Below are positions 1-9,505 of a DNA stretch of 32,000 bases, in pieces. The notes beneath the pieces were generated by a model that saw only the letters and a list, made by a program, of their open reading frames with translations, was not told the origin of the DNA and did no database searches. Position 1 is the stretch's first letter. Every line of letters begins with the position of its first letter. Location: NCBI RefSeq assembly GCF_000195955.2, contig NC_000962.3, forward strand, positions 3,480,001 through 3,512,000, read 5' to 3'. The DNA comes from Mycobacterium tuberculosis H37Rv (lineage in GTDB: Bacteria; Actinomycetota; Actinomycetes; Mycobacteriales; Mycobacteriaceae). The translations under genes were made by a program, and so were the position numbers.

Positions 1-73
1 GCAACGTGGGAGTTCCAGTGCCGGCGTGCAGAACGACCGAAATTCGCCGCACCCGAATAGTCGGGTCGCATAG

Positions 74-742
74 ATGACCAGCAGGGATGGATTCACCATC
101 GTTTGGGATTGGAACGGGACGCTGTGCGACGACCGGACAATTCTTCTCGACGCGGTTGGGCAGACGCTGGTCAACGAGGGATTCGAGCCTCTTTCGCAAC
201 AGCAGCTGATCCAACGGTTCGCACGCCCACTACGAACGTTTTTCGAGAATGCGTGCGGTCGAGATCTCTTGACGTCCGAGTGGGAACGCGTCCAATCCAC
301 CTTTCGCCGAATCTATCGATCGCGAGAAGCTGAAGTCACACTCGTCGAAGATGCGTACGACGTTCTGGCGCAGGGAAACCGCAGCGCCGCTGGGCAGTTC
401 TTATTATCGCTGGCGCCTCACGACGAGCTTATGCACTTCGTCCAAAAATACGGGATTGCCAAGTGGTTCAACGGAATCCGTGGCCGGACTCGGCCCGACC
501 AAGAAAAACCCATGATGCTGGCAGAACTGATCATGCAGCGCTCTCTGAATCCCACTCGCGTGGTGCACATCGGCGATTCGCTTGAGGACGCCGCTGCTGC
601 CAGCGCGGTCGGAGCCATTTCCGTCTTGGTCACCGGAGCTTCACTGCAGCCACCCGACCGAGTCATGCTCAAACAGTTGCAGCCCTTCGTTGCGAGTTCG
701 CTGAAGCAAGCACTGCAGTACGCGGGTGGCGACGGTGATTGA
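74..742 (+). CDS. HAD-superfamily phosphatase-like protein (Rv3113-like)
   Basis: 222-aa ORF with N-terminal DWNGTLCDD, a HAD nucleophile motif (DxDGT-like), and C-terminal VVHIGDSLEDAAAA (motif IV). Confidence 0.9.
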   Translation: MTSRDGFTIVWDWNGTLCDDRTILLDAVGQTLVNEGFEPLSQQQLIQRFARPLRTFFENACGRDLLTSEWERVQSTFRRIYRSREAEVTLVEDAYDVLAQGNRSAAGQFLLSLAPHDELMHFVQKYGIAKWFNGIRGRTRPDQEKPMMLAELIMQRSLNPTRVVHIGDSLEDAAAASAVGAISVLVTGASLQPPDRVMLKQLQPFVASSLKQALQYAGGDGD

Positions 743-758
743 CGACGAAGGTACGCAG

Positions 759-1289
759 GTGGTGGCGGCGCGCCTGCCGTTCGGATGGTCAGCCGACAGT
801 GGGGTGACAGCCGACATCATCGAGGCAGCGATGGAACTTGCGATCGACACAGCGCGACATGCCACGGCACCGTTTGGCGCTGCGCTGCTTGATGTTACGA
901 CACTCCGAGCATTCTCGGGTGGCAACACCTATTTTGAATCGGGGGATCGCTTCGCTCACGCCGAAACCAACGTTCTACGGGCCGCAATGAGCACATTGCC
1001 GGAGCTTTCAAATCACGTGCTGATATCCACCGCCGAGCCATGCCCGATGTGCGCGGCGGCCAGCGTGCTCAGCGGAGTGAGAGCCATCATCTTCGGCACA
1101 TCAATCGAGACCCTTATCCAGTGCGGTTGGTTCCAAATCCGCATCAGCGCTTCGGATGTGGTGGCGGCCTCCACTCGTCCCACGCGTCCATCGGTGTATA
1201 GCGGTTTCCTCAGCCACAAGACGGACTTGTTGTACCGGAACTCCGAAAACCGACGAGCAATGAACCCCTGGACCGATCCATCGCATTGA
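759..1289 (+). CDS. Cytidine/nucleoside deaminase-like protein (Rv3114-like)
   Basis: Zinc-binding HAE...TAEPCPMCAAASVL motif. The start is uncertain: ATG at 726 overlaps the upstream gene, GTG at 759 is possible. Confidence 0.85.
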   Translation: MVAARLPFGWSADSGVTADIIEAAMELAIDTARHATAPFGAALLDVTTLRAFSGGNTYFESGDRFAHAETNVLRAAMSTLPELSNHVLISTAEPCPMCAAASVLSGVRAIIFGTSIETLIQCGWFQIRISASDVVAASTRPTRPSVYSGFLSHKTDLLYRNSENRRAMNPWTDPSH

Positions 1290-1398
1290 CTCGGCTTGCC
1301 GACTACCTCACTGACCCAGGAGGAGAGTTACGTCCAGGGGTGTGGTGTACGGGCAGGTAAGGCCGGTGGGCGTGTCGTAGCCCAGTAGTGGGCGGTCA

Positions 1399-2722
1399 TC
1401 GCGTGATCCTTCGAAACGACCAGCAAAAGTCAATCGAAGGAAATGACGCAATGACCTCTTCTCATCTTATCGACGCCGAGCAGCTTCTGGCTGACCAACT
1501 CGCACAGGCGAGCCCGGATCTGCTGCGCGGGCTGCTCTCGACGTTCATCGCCGCCTTGATGGGGGCTGAAGCCGACGCCCTGTGCGGGGCGGGCTACCGC
1601 GAACGCAGCGATGAGCGGTCCAATCAGCGCAACGGCTACCGCCACCGTGATTTCGACACCCGTGCCGCAACCATCGACGTCGCGATCCCCAAGCTGCGCC
1701 AGGGCAGCTATTTCCCGGACTGGCTGCTGCAGCGCCGCAAGCGAGCTGAACGCGCACTGACCAGCGTGGTGGCGACCTGCTACCTGCTGGGAGTATCCAC
1801 TCGCCGGATGGAGCGCCTGGTCGAAACACTTGGTGTGACAAAGCTTTCCAAGTCGCAAGTGTCGATCATGGCCAAAGAGCTCGACGAAGCCGTAGAGGCG
1901 TTTCGGACCCGCCCGCTCGATGCCGGCCCGTATACCTTCCTCGCCGCCGACGCCCTGGTGCTCAAGGTGCGCGAGGCAGGCCGCGTCGTCGGGGTGCACA
2001 CCTTGATCGCCACCGGCGTCAACGCCGAGGGCTACCGAGAGATCCTGGGCATCCAGGTCACCTCCGCCGAGGACGGGGCCGGCTGGCTGGCGTTCTTCCG
2101 CGACCTGGTCGCCCGCGGCCTGTCCGGGGTCGCGCTGGTCACCAGCGACGCCCACGCCGGCCTGGTGGCCGCGATCGGCGCCACCCTGCCCGCAGCGGCC
2201 TGGCAGCGCTGCAGAACCCACTACGCAGCCAATCTGATGGCAGCCACCCCGAAGCCCTCCTGGCCGTGGGTGCGCACCCTGCTGCACTCCATCTACGACC
2301 AGCCCGACGCCGAATCAGTTGTTGCCCAATATGATCGGGTACTCGACGCTCTGACCGACAAACTCCCCGCGGTGGCCGAGCACCTCGACACCGCCCGCAC
2401 CGACCTGCTGGCGTTCACCGCCTTCCCCAAGCAGATCTGGCGCCAAATCTGGTCCAACAACCCCCAGGAACGCCTCAACCGAGAGGTACGACGCCGAACC
2501 GACGTCGTGGGCATCTTCCCCGACCGCGCCTCGATCATCCGCCTCGTCGGAGCCGTCCTCGCCGAACAACACGACGAATGGATCGAAGGACGGCGCTACC
2601 TGGGCCTCGAGGTCCTCACCCGAGCCCGAGCAGCACTGACCAGCACCGAAGAACCCGCCAAGCAGCAAACCACCAACACCCCAGCACTGACCACCTAGAC
2701 TGCCACCCGAAGGATCACGCGA
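1399..2722 (+). mobile_element. Insertion sequence IS1081 (IS256 family)
   Basis: Terminal inverted repeats TCGCGTGATCCTTCG at 1399-1413 and CGAAGGATCACGCGA at 2708-2722 bound exactly 1324 bp, the known length of IS1081, around an IS256-type transposase. Confidence 0.96.
1451..2698 (+). CDS. IS1081 transposase (IS256 family)
   Basis: 415-aa ORF from ATG 1451. MTSSHLIDAEQLLADQLAQ...ALCGAGYRERSDERSNQRNGYRHRDFDTRAATIDVAIPKLRQGSYFPDWLL...VTSDAHAGLVAAIG matches mutator-type transposase architecture. Confidence 0.96.
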   Translation: MTSSHLIDAEQLLADQLAQASPDLLRGLLSTFIAALMGAEADALCGAGYRERSDERSNQRNGYRHRDFDTRAATIDVAIPKLRQGSYFPDWLLQRRKRAERALTSVVATCYLLGVSTRRMERLVETLGVTKLSKSQVSIMAKELDEAVEAFRTRPLDAGPYTFLAADALVLKVREAGRVVGVHTLIATGVNAEGYREILGIQVTSAEDGAGWLAFFRDLVARGLSGVALVTSDAHAGLVAAIGATLPAAAWQRCRTHYAANLMAATPKPSWPWVRTLLHSIYDQPDAESVVAQYDRVLDALTDKLPAVAEHLDTARTDLLAFTAFPKQIWRQIWSNNPQERLNREVRRRTDVVGIFPDRASIIRLVGAVLAEQHDEWIEGRRYLGLEVLTRARAALTSTEEPAKQQTTNTPALTT

Positions 2723-2775
2723 GGAACCTTCACTCGTACACCACGTCCCTGGCCTTGGCCAGGAGGAGAGCAATC

Positions 2776-3945
2776 ATGACTGAAGCCTTGATCCCGGCAC
2801 CGTCGCAGATATCGCTGACCCGCGATGAGGTGCGCAGGTACAGCAGGCACCTCATCATCCCGGATATCGGCGTCAACGGCCAACAGCGGCTGAAGGATGC
2901 GCGCGTATTGTGTATCGGCGCCGGAGGATTGGGTTCGCCTGCTCTCCTGTATCTTGCGGCCGCCGGAGTCGGTACCATCGGCATCATCGATGGAGACCAC
3001 GTGGATGAGTCGAATCTGCAACGCCAAATCATTCATGGCACATCCGACGTGGGTAGGCCGAAAGTAGAATCAGCAGCCGAGGCGGTGGCGGAAATCAACC
3101 CGCACGTCCGGGTGACGCAATATCGCGAAATGCTCACCCACGACAACGCACTGGAAATTTTTGGCGATCACGACCTCATTGTTGACGGCACAGACAACTT
3201 CACGACGCGCTACCTGATCAATGATGCCGCGGTCTTGGCCGGCAAACCATATGTTTGGGGGTCGATCTACCGATTCAACGGCCAGACCAGTGTGTTTTGG
3301 CCCGGCCGGGGGCCGTGTTATCGATGCCTTCATCCAGCTCCGCCCCCGCCCGGATTGGTGCCGTCGTGCGCTGAAGGCGGTGTACTCGGTGCCATCTGCG
3401 CCACGATTGCGTCGATCCAGGTAACTGAAGTGCTGAAGCTCCTTACCGGAGTCGGAACTCCCCTCGTCGGTCGCCTGCTCATGTATGAAGCTCTCGACGC
3501 GACATACCATCAAATCCGGATCGCGAAGAATCCTGACTGCGCCATTTGCGGCGATGCGCCCACGATCACCGAATTGGTAGATGACAGCGTCAGCTGCGCA
3601 TCGACACAATCGGTGGATCCCGAACTAGTGATCAGTTGTGATGAGTTGCGAACCAAACAGCAGTCGGACCAGAACTTCCTCTTGGTCGACGTGCGAGAGC
3701 CCGCCGAGTTCGACATCGCGCACATTCCGGGCAGCATCTTGATACCCAAAGGCGAAATCGGCTCGGCGGCGGGCCTAGCCCAGCTACCGCTGGACAAGGA
3801 AATTGTCCTGTACTGCAAGAGTGGAATCCGATCGGCCCAGGCGCTAACCACGTTGAAAGCAGCCGGACTGCACAACGTGAAGCATCTCGACGGCGGTATC
3901 GCGGAGTGGACACGAACCATCGACTCCTCCTTGTTGGTGTACTAG
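2776..3945 (+). CDS. moeB2: Molybdopterin/sulfur-carrier adenylyltransferase with C-terminal rhodanese domain
   Basis: E1-like GAGGLGSPALLYLAAAGVGTIGIID, CxxC zinc pairs (YRCLHP..., CAICG), C-terminal rhodanese domain with active-site CKSGIRSAQA. ATG at 2776 follows AGGAGGAG. Confidence 0.95.
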   Translation: MTEALIPAPSQISLTRDEVRRYSRHLIIPDIGVNGQQRLKDARVLCIGAGGLGSPALLYLAAAGVGTIGIIDGDHVDESNLQRQIIHGTSDVGRPKVESAAEAVAEINPHVRVTQYREMLTHDNALEIFGDHDLIVDGTDNFTTRYLINDAAVLAGKPYVWGSIYRFNGQTSVFWPGRGPCYRCLHPAPPPPGLVPSCAEGGVLGAICATIASIQVTEVLKLLTGVGTPLVGRLLMYEALDATYHQIRIAKNPDCAICGDAPTITELVDDSVSCASTQSVDPELVISCDELRTKQQSDQNFLLVDVREPAEFDIAHIPGSILIPKGEIGSAAGLAQLPLDKEIVLYCKSGIRSAQALTTLKAAGLHNVKHLDGGIAEWTRTIDSSLLVY

Positions 3946-3973
3946 CACCGAACTATGCGAAAGGATTCCCGCC

Positions 3974-4807
3974 ATGGCACGCTGCGATGTCCTGGTCTCC
4001 GCCGACTGGGCTGAGAGCAATCTGCACGCGCCGAAGGTCGTTTTCGTCGAAGTGGACGAGGACACCAGTGCATATGACCGTGACCATATTGCCGGCGCGA
4101 TCAAGTTGGACTGGCGCACCGACCTGCAGGATCCGGTCAAACGTGACTTCGTCGACGCCCAGCAATTCTCCAAGCTGCTGTCCGAGCGTGGCATCGCCAA
4201 CGAGGACACGGTGATCCTGTACGGCGGCAACAACAATTGGTTCGCCGCCTACGCGTACTGGTATTTCAAGCTCTACGGCCATGAGAAGGTCAAGTTGCTC
4301 GACGGCGGCCGCAAGAAGTGGGAGCTCGACGGACGCCCGCTGTCCAGCGACCCGGTCAGCCGGCCGGTGACCTCCTACACCGCCTCCCCGCCGGATAACA
4401 CGATTCGGGCATTCCGCGACGAGGTCCTGGCGGCCATCAACGTCAAGAACCTCATCGACGTGCGCTCTCCCGACGAGTTCTCCGGCAAGATCCTGGCCCC
4501 CGCGCACCTGCCGCAGGAACAAAGCCAGCGGCCCGGACACATTCCTGGTGCCATCAACGTGCCGTGGAGCAGGGCCGCCAACGAGGACGGCACCTTCAAG
4601 TCCGATGAGGAGTTGGCCAAGCTTTACGCCGACGCCGGCCTAGACAACAGCAAGGAAACGATTGCCTACTGCCGAATCGGGGAACGGTCCTCGCACACCT
4701 GGTTCGTGTTGCGGGAATTACTCGGACACCAAAACGTCAAGAACTACGACGGCAGTTGGACAGAATACGGCTCCCTGGTGGGCGCCCCGATCGAGTTGGG
4801 AAGCTGA
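3974..4807 (+). CDS. cysA3: Putative thiosulfate sulfurtransferase
   Basis: 277-aa tandem rhodanese protein, C-terminal active-site loop YCRIGERSSHTW. Position upstream of sseC-like gene matches cysA3-sseC1. Confidence 0.95.
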   Translation: MARCDVLVSADWAESNLHAPKVVFVEVDEDTSAYDRDHIAGAIKLDWRTDLQDPVKRDFVDAQQFSKLLSERGIANEDTVILYGGNNNWFAAYAYWYFKLYGHEKVKLLDGGRKKWELDGRPLSSDPVSRPVTSYTASPPDNTIRAFRDEVLAAINVKNLIDVRSPDEFSGKILAPAHLPQEQSQRPGHIPGAINVPWSRAANEDGTFKSDEELAKLYADAGLDNSKETIAYCRIGERSSHTWFVLRELLGHQNVKNYDGSWTEYGSLVGAPIELGS

Positions 4808-4808
4808 T

Positions 4809-5111
4809 ATGTGCTCTGGACCCAAGCAAGGACTGACATTGCCGGCCAGCGTCGACCTGGAAAAAGAAACGGTGATCACCGGCCGCGTAGTGGACGGTGA
4901 CGGCCAGGCCGTGGGCGGCGCGTTCGTGCGGCTGCTGGACTCCTCCGACGAGTTCACCGCGGAGGTCGTCGCGTCGGCCACCGGCGATTTCCGGTTCTTC
5001 GCCGCGCCCGGATCCTGGACGCTGCGCGCGCTGTCGGCGGCCGGCAACGGCGACGCGGTGGTGCAGCCCTCGGGCGCGGGCATCCACGAGGTAGACGTCA
5101 AGATCACCTGA
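4809..5111 (+). CDS. sseC1: Conserved SseC family protein
   Basis: 100-aa ORF MCSGPKQGLTLPASVDLEKETVITGRVVDGDGQAVGGAFVRLLDSSDEF..., directly follows cysA3 in the same operon. Confidence 0.92.
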   Translation: MCSGPKQGLTLPASVDLEKETVITGRVVDGDGQAVGGAFVRLLDSSDEFTAEVVASATGDFRFFAAPGSWTLRALSAAGNGDAVVQPSGAGIHEVDVKIT

Positions 5112-5131
5112 TAGCTAGGAAGGATGTCTGA

Positions 5132-5575
5132 ATGGCCAATGTGGTAGCTGAAGGTGCCTACCCTTACTGTCGGCTCACTGATCAGCCGCTGAGTGTGGAC
5201 GAAGTGCTAGCCGCCGTCTCGGGCCCCGAACAAGGCGGCATTGTCATATTTGTGGGAAACGTGCGTGACCACAATGCCGGGCATGATGTCACGCGGTTGT
5301 TCTACGAGGCGTATCCGCCGATGGTGATTCGGACATTGATGTCGATCATCGGACGGTGTGAAGACAAGGCCGAGGGTGTCCGCGTTGCTGTCGCGCACCG
5401 GACCGGTGAATTGCAAATCGGTGATGCCGCGGTCGTTATTGGCGCGTCAGCTCCCCACCGTGCGGAGGCATTTGACGCCGCGCGTATGTGTATCGAGTTG
5501 CTTAAGCAGGAAGTGCCGATTTGGAAGAAGGAATTCAGCTCGACCGGTGCTGAATGGGTCGGCGATAGACCATGA
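5132..5575 (+). CDS. moaE1: Molybdopterin synthase large (catalytic) subunit
   Basis: MoaE motifs [51 protein letters not shown]. Confidence 0.95.
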
Positions 5576-6174
5576 GTCCGTCTCCATCGGCCCTGCTCGC
5601 CGACCACCCGGACCGCATTCGTTGGAACGCGAAATACGAGTGCGCTGACCCCACGGAGGCGGTATTTGCGCCCATATCCTGGCTCGGCGACGTGCTGCAG
5701 TTCGGGGTGCCAGAAGGGCCGGTTCTGGAACTGGCGTGCGGTCGGTCCGGCACCGCGCTGGGGCTAGCCGCGGCGGGCCGCTGCGTGACTGCGATCGACG
5801 TTTCCGATACCGCGTTGGTTCAGCTCGAGCTCGAAGCGACCCGACGGGAATTGGCCGATCGCCTCACACTGGTGCACGCCGATCTCTGCTCCTGGCAGTC
5901 GGGGGATGGACGCTTTGCTCTGGTACTTTGCCGACTATTCTGGCATCCGCCCACTTTTCGCCAGGCTTGCGAGGCTGTGGCGCCGGGCGGTGTAGTGGCG
6001 TGGGAGGCATGGCGGCGGCCCATCGATGTCGCTCGGGATACCCGTCGAGCCGAATGGTGCTTGAAGCCAGGCCAGCCCGAGTCTGAACTTCCCGCCGGCT
6101 TCACGGTGATTCGGGTGGTCGACACCGATGGTTCAGAGCCGTCGCGGCGCATCATCGCCCAACGGTCACTGTGA
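5572..6174 (+). CDS. SAM-dependent methyltransferase-like protein (Rv3120-like)
   Basis: 200-aa ORF with [28 protein letters not shown] (class I motif I). Its start overlaps the moaE1 stop by 4 bp (ATGA). Confidence 0.88.
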
Positions 6175-6508
6175 ACGGTCCCTGGTTGTATGCGCACGTC
6201 CTTTGTTGAGAACCCGTTTCGCACCGCTCCGATACCGCCAGTCTGATGCACCGACCGCGCCGCCTCCCACCCGCGGAAGCTAACGAGGTGTGCATGAAAC
6301 CGGGGCGGTTCAGCAGCCCGGTTAATTGACAATCTGTGAAGAGGTTCCCACGACAATGGGCACGTTGGGCTCGCGATGTCGCGCGATTCGAGCGAGGTTG
6401 GGTGACGTTCCCGTTTGAGGATCTCGCCCCAGGGCGATGGGTTGGCGGGATGTCGATGTACCCGGAAGAGCAAAACGTGGCATGCGATAACGATCCGAGA
6501 GGAGTGCG

Positions 6509-7711
6509 ATGACAAGCACCTCGATTCCGACGTTCCCGTTCGACCGGCCGGTCCCGACGGAGCCGTCCCCAATGCTGTCGGAACTGAGAAACAGCTGTCC
6601 GGTAGCCCCGATAGAGTTGCCCTCGGGGCACACAGCATGGCTCGTCACTCGCTTTGACGATGTAAAGGGAGTGCTGTCCGACAAGCGTTTCAGCTGCAGG
6701 GCGGCAGCGCACCCGTCGTCGCCCCCGTTCGTGCCGTTCGTGCAGCTTTGCCCCAGCTTGTTGAGCATCGATGGGCCCCAACACACCGCGGCCCGCCGTC
6801 TGCTCGCGCAGGGCCTAAATCCCGGCTTCATCGCACGCATGCGGCCCGTTGTCCAACAGATCGTCGACAATGCGCTCGACGATCTGGCAGCCGCGGAACC
6901 ACCGGTGGACTTCCAGGAAATAGTAAGTGTCCCTATCGGAGAACAGCTCATGGCCAAGCTACTCGGGGTCGAGCCCAAAACCGTGCACGAGCTCGCGGCG
7001 CACGTGGATGCGGCGATGTCCGTGTGTGAGATCGGCGACGAGGAGGTGAGCCGGCGGTGGTCAGCACTGTGCACGATGGTCATCGACATACTGCACCGCA
7101 AGCTCGCCGAACCGGGTGATGACCTACTTAGCACGATCGCCCAGGCGAACCGGCAACAGTCCACCATGACCGACGAGCAGGTTGTCGGCATGCTCCTCAC
7201 CGTCGTGATCGGAGGAGTCGACACACCGATCGCCGTGATCACAAACGGGCTGGCGAGCCTGCTGCACCACCGCGATCAATATGAACGGCTCGTTGAAGAC
7301 CCAGGCCGTGTCGCTCGTGCGGTTGAAGAAATAGTCCGGTTTAATCCGGCAACTGAAATTGAGCACTTGCGAGTTGTCACCGAGGATGTCGTCATTGCCG
7401 GAACCGCGCTATCGGCGGGGAGCCCAGCATTTACCTCTATCACTTCGGCTAACCGCGACTCCGACCAATTCCTGGACCCCGATGAGTTTGATGTCGAACG
7501 TAATCCGAACGAACACATAGCATTTGGATATGGTCCACATGCTTGCCCGGCCTCAGCGTATTCACGCATGTGCTTGACGACGTTCTTCACCTCGCTTACC
7601 CAGCGATTTCCGCAACTTCAACTCGCAAGACCGTTTGAGGATTTGGAACGACGGGGTAAGGGCCTACATTCGGTGGGGATCAAGGAACTCCTTGTTACCT
7701 GGCCGACGTGA
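6509..7711 (+). CDS. cyp141: Cytochrome P450 CYP141
   Basis: 400-aa P450: [14 protein letters not shown] (I-helix region), ExxR-like EEIVRFNP, heme loop [11 protein letters not shown]. Confidence 0.94.
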
Positions 7712-8088
7712 CCCCGCGTGCCAGCAAGGGACTGTTGACTTCTCCGACGGATGAAAGCCGCCCTGGAATATCCAACCGCTCCTGCTCCTCGGTCAACTCA
7801 AGCCGAAACCGCCAACGGTGGCCACAAAATACGAGTTCGTCCACAACGTCGGCAGCCGGGACCGCAACCACGCAAACTCCTCACGCACTACCCGCAACCG
7901 ACGGCCCCTAATTGGGGTTGGGCCCATGATCGGTTGGCGGCTCATCAGGCGGTGCAGGATCTTGGTGTGCCCGCCTCGGCGCGGCGGAGCCGGGGTCGAG
8001 CATCTCTTTGCGAGTGATGAAGGCACAGCCCCGGCGCGGGGTGGGTGTGCAACACGAATGTAGGTAGCGGGAGTTGAGGCTGGGCGCG

Positions 8089-9063
8089 GTGTATTCTGGT
8101 TGTTGGATAAACAACCAGAATGGGGAGACGCGGGTGGGCGAGGACTCGCTGGAGGATCTGGAGCAGCGGCGAGCGCGACTGTATGACCAGTTGGCCGCGA
8201 CCGGCGATTTCCGGCGCGGCTCGATCAGTGAGAACTATCGCCGCTGCGGCAAGCCCAATTGTGTGTGCGCGCAAGAGGGTCACCCCGGGCATGGGCCGCG
8301 ATATTTGTGGACGCGCACGGTGGCCGGGCGGGGTACCAAGGGGCGGCAGCTCTCGGTCGAGGAGGTGGACAAGGTGCGCGCCGAGTTGGCCAACTATCAC
8401 CGTTTCGCGCAGGTCAGTGAGCAGATCGTGGCGGTCAACGAGGCGATCTGCGAGGCCCGCCCACCGAACCCGGCGGCCACGGCGCCCCCGGCCGGCACAA
8501 CGGGGCACAAAAAAGGGGGCTCTGCGACCAGATCGCGGCGGAGTTCACCGCCGAGGTAGAGCGGCTGGTTGCGCTCGCGGTCGGTGCGCTGGGATCCTCG
8601 GTGCCGACCTGGTCGCAGTGGAGTTGGCGATCCGCACTGCGATGACCCGGCTGGGCTCCTCGCTGCTGGAGCAGCTGCTGGGCGCCGACACCGGGCACCG
8701 GGGCCAGCGCATCGATTGCGGGCAAGGGCATTGCGCGTGGTTCGTCGGTTACCGCGACAAGAACCTCGATACCGTGCTGGACCGGGTCCGGTTGCTCCGC
8801 GCCTGCTACCACTGCCGCACCTGCGGGCGTGGGATGGCGCCCCCTGGATCTGGAACCTGGCCACCGCGATCCTGCCCGAAGCCACCCCGATCGTGGACCT
8901 CTACCACGCTCGCCAGCACGTCCACGACCTCGCCGGCCAGCTCGCACCCGCCCTCGGCGAACACCACAGTGACTGGCTGACCGCCCGGCTGGTCGACCTC
9001 GACTCCGGCGACATCGAAACGCTGGTTCAACAACCGATCGGGCAGCACACCGGTCACACGTAA
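8089..9063 (+). pseudogene. Decayed ISKra4-like transposase (covers the ORFs annotated Rv3122 and Rv3123)
   Basis: Transposase-like blocks lie in successive frames: ...DLEQRRARLYDQLAATGDFRRGSISENYRRCGKPNCVCAQ...HGPRYLWTRTVAGRG (frame 1), LCDQIAAEFTAEVERLVALAVGA (frame 3), LVAVELAIRTAMTRLGSSLLEQLLGADTGHRGQRIDCGQGHCAWFVGYRDKNLDTVLDRVRLLRACYHCRTCGRG (frame 2), WIWNLATAILPEATPIVDLYHARQHVHDLAGQLAPALGEH (frame 1). The family name is from recall. Confidence 0.72.
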
Positions 9064-9505
9064 CGAAGTGTGCATGAAACCCGGAGTGGTTCAGGGGTCC
9101 GCCGCGCTCGTCCGCGCTGTGAGGGTCTCGGCACTACCACGAGATGAGATCGAGGCACCAGGTGCATTGTGCACCACATTCTGGCGATGTTGGTGAGGTT
9201 TGTTCCTGCGCCCGTCCGTGGCGCGTTCGGGATCGTTGGGGTTGGCCGGTTGCCCACCTCGGCGGAAGCGGACGGTGAGCGCGGCCGAGTCGTCGACATT
9301 TGGCGGTAGGAGGTTTCGATGCTGTTTGTCAGCGTGGCCCCGGAGTCGGTAGGGGTGGCGGCGGCGACTCTTGTTGGGCCCCCGTTGATCGGCAACGGCG
9401 CCGATCGGCCCCCGGCACCGGACAAGCCGGCGGGATCTTGTGGGGCAACGGCCGTTTTCGCCCAATCACAGGAGTGGAGTTTTGAACGCAACGACGGCAG
9501 GTGCT

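Noticed and set aside
1430-2287. Long 285-aa minus-strand ORF opposite the IS1081 transposase
   Set aside because: Antisense open frame in GC-rich coding DNA; no recognisable domain, and the plus strand encodes a complete transposase.
5820-6638. 272-aa minus-strand ORF opposite the methyltransferase
   Set aside because: Low-complexity, arginine/serine/proline-rich translation typical of antisense frames.
6322-7242. 306-aa minus-strand ORF opposite cyp141
   Set aside because: Shadow ORF of cyp141 with no recognisable motif.
8510-8522. Programmed ribosomal frameshifting at the A6G5 run in the transposase remnant
   Set aside because: Further frame changes and a large missing internal segment lie downstream, so a single programmed shift would not restore a complete protein; mutational decay is simpler.
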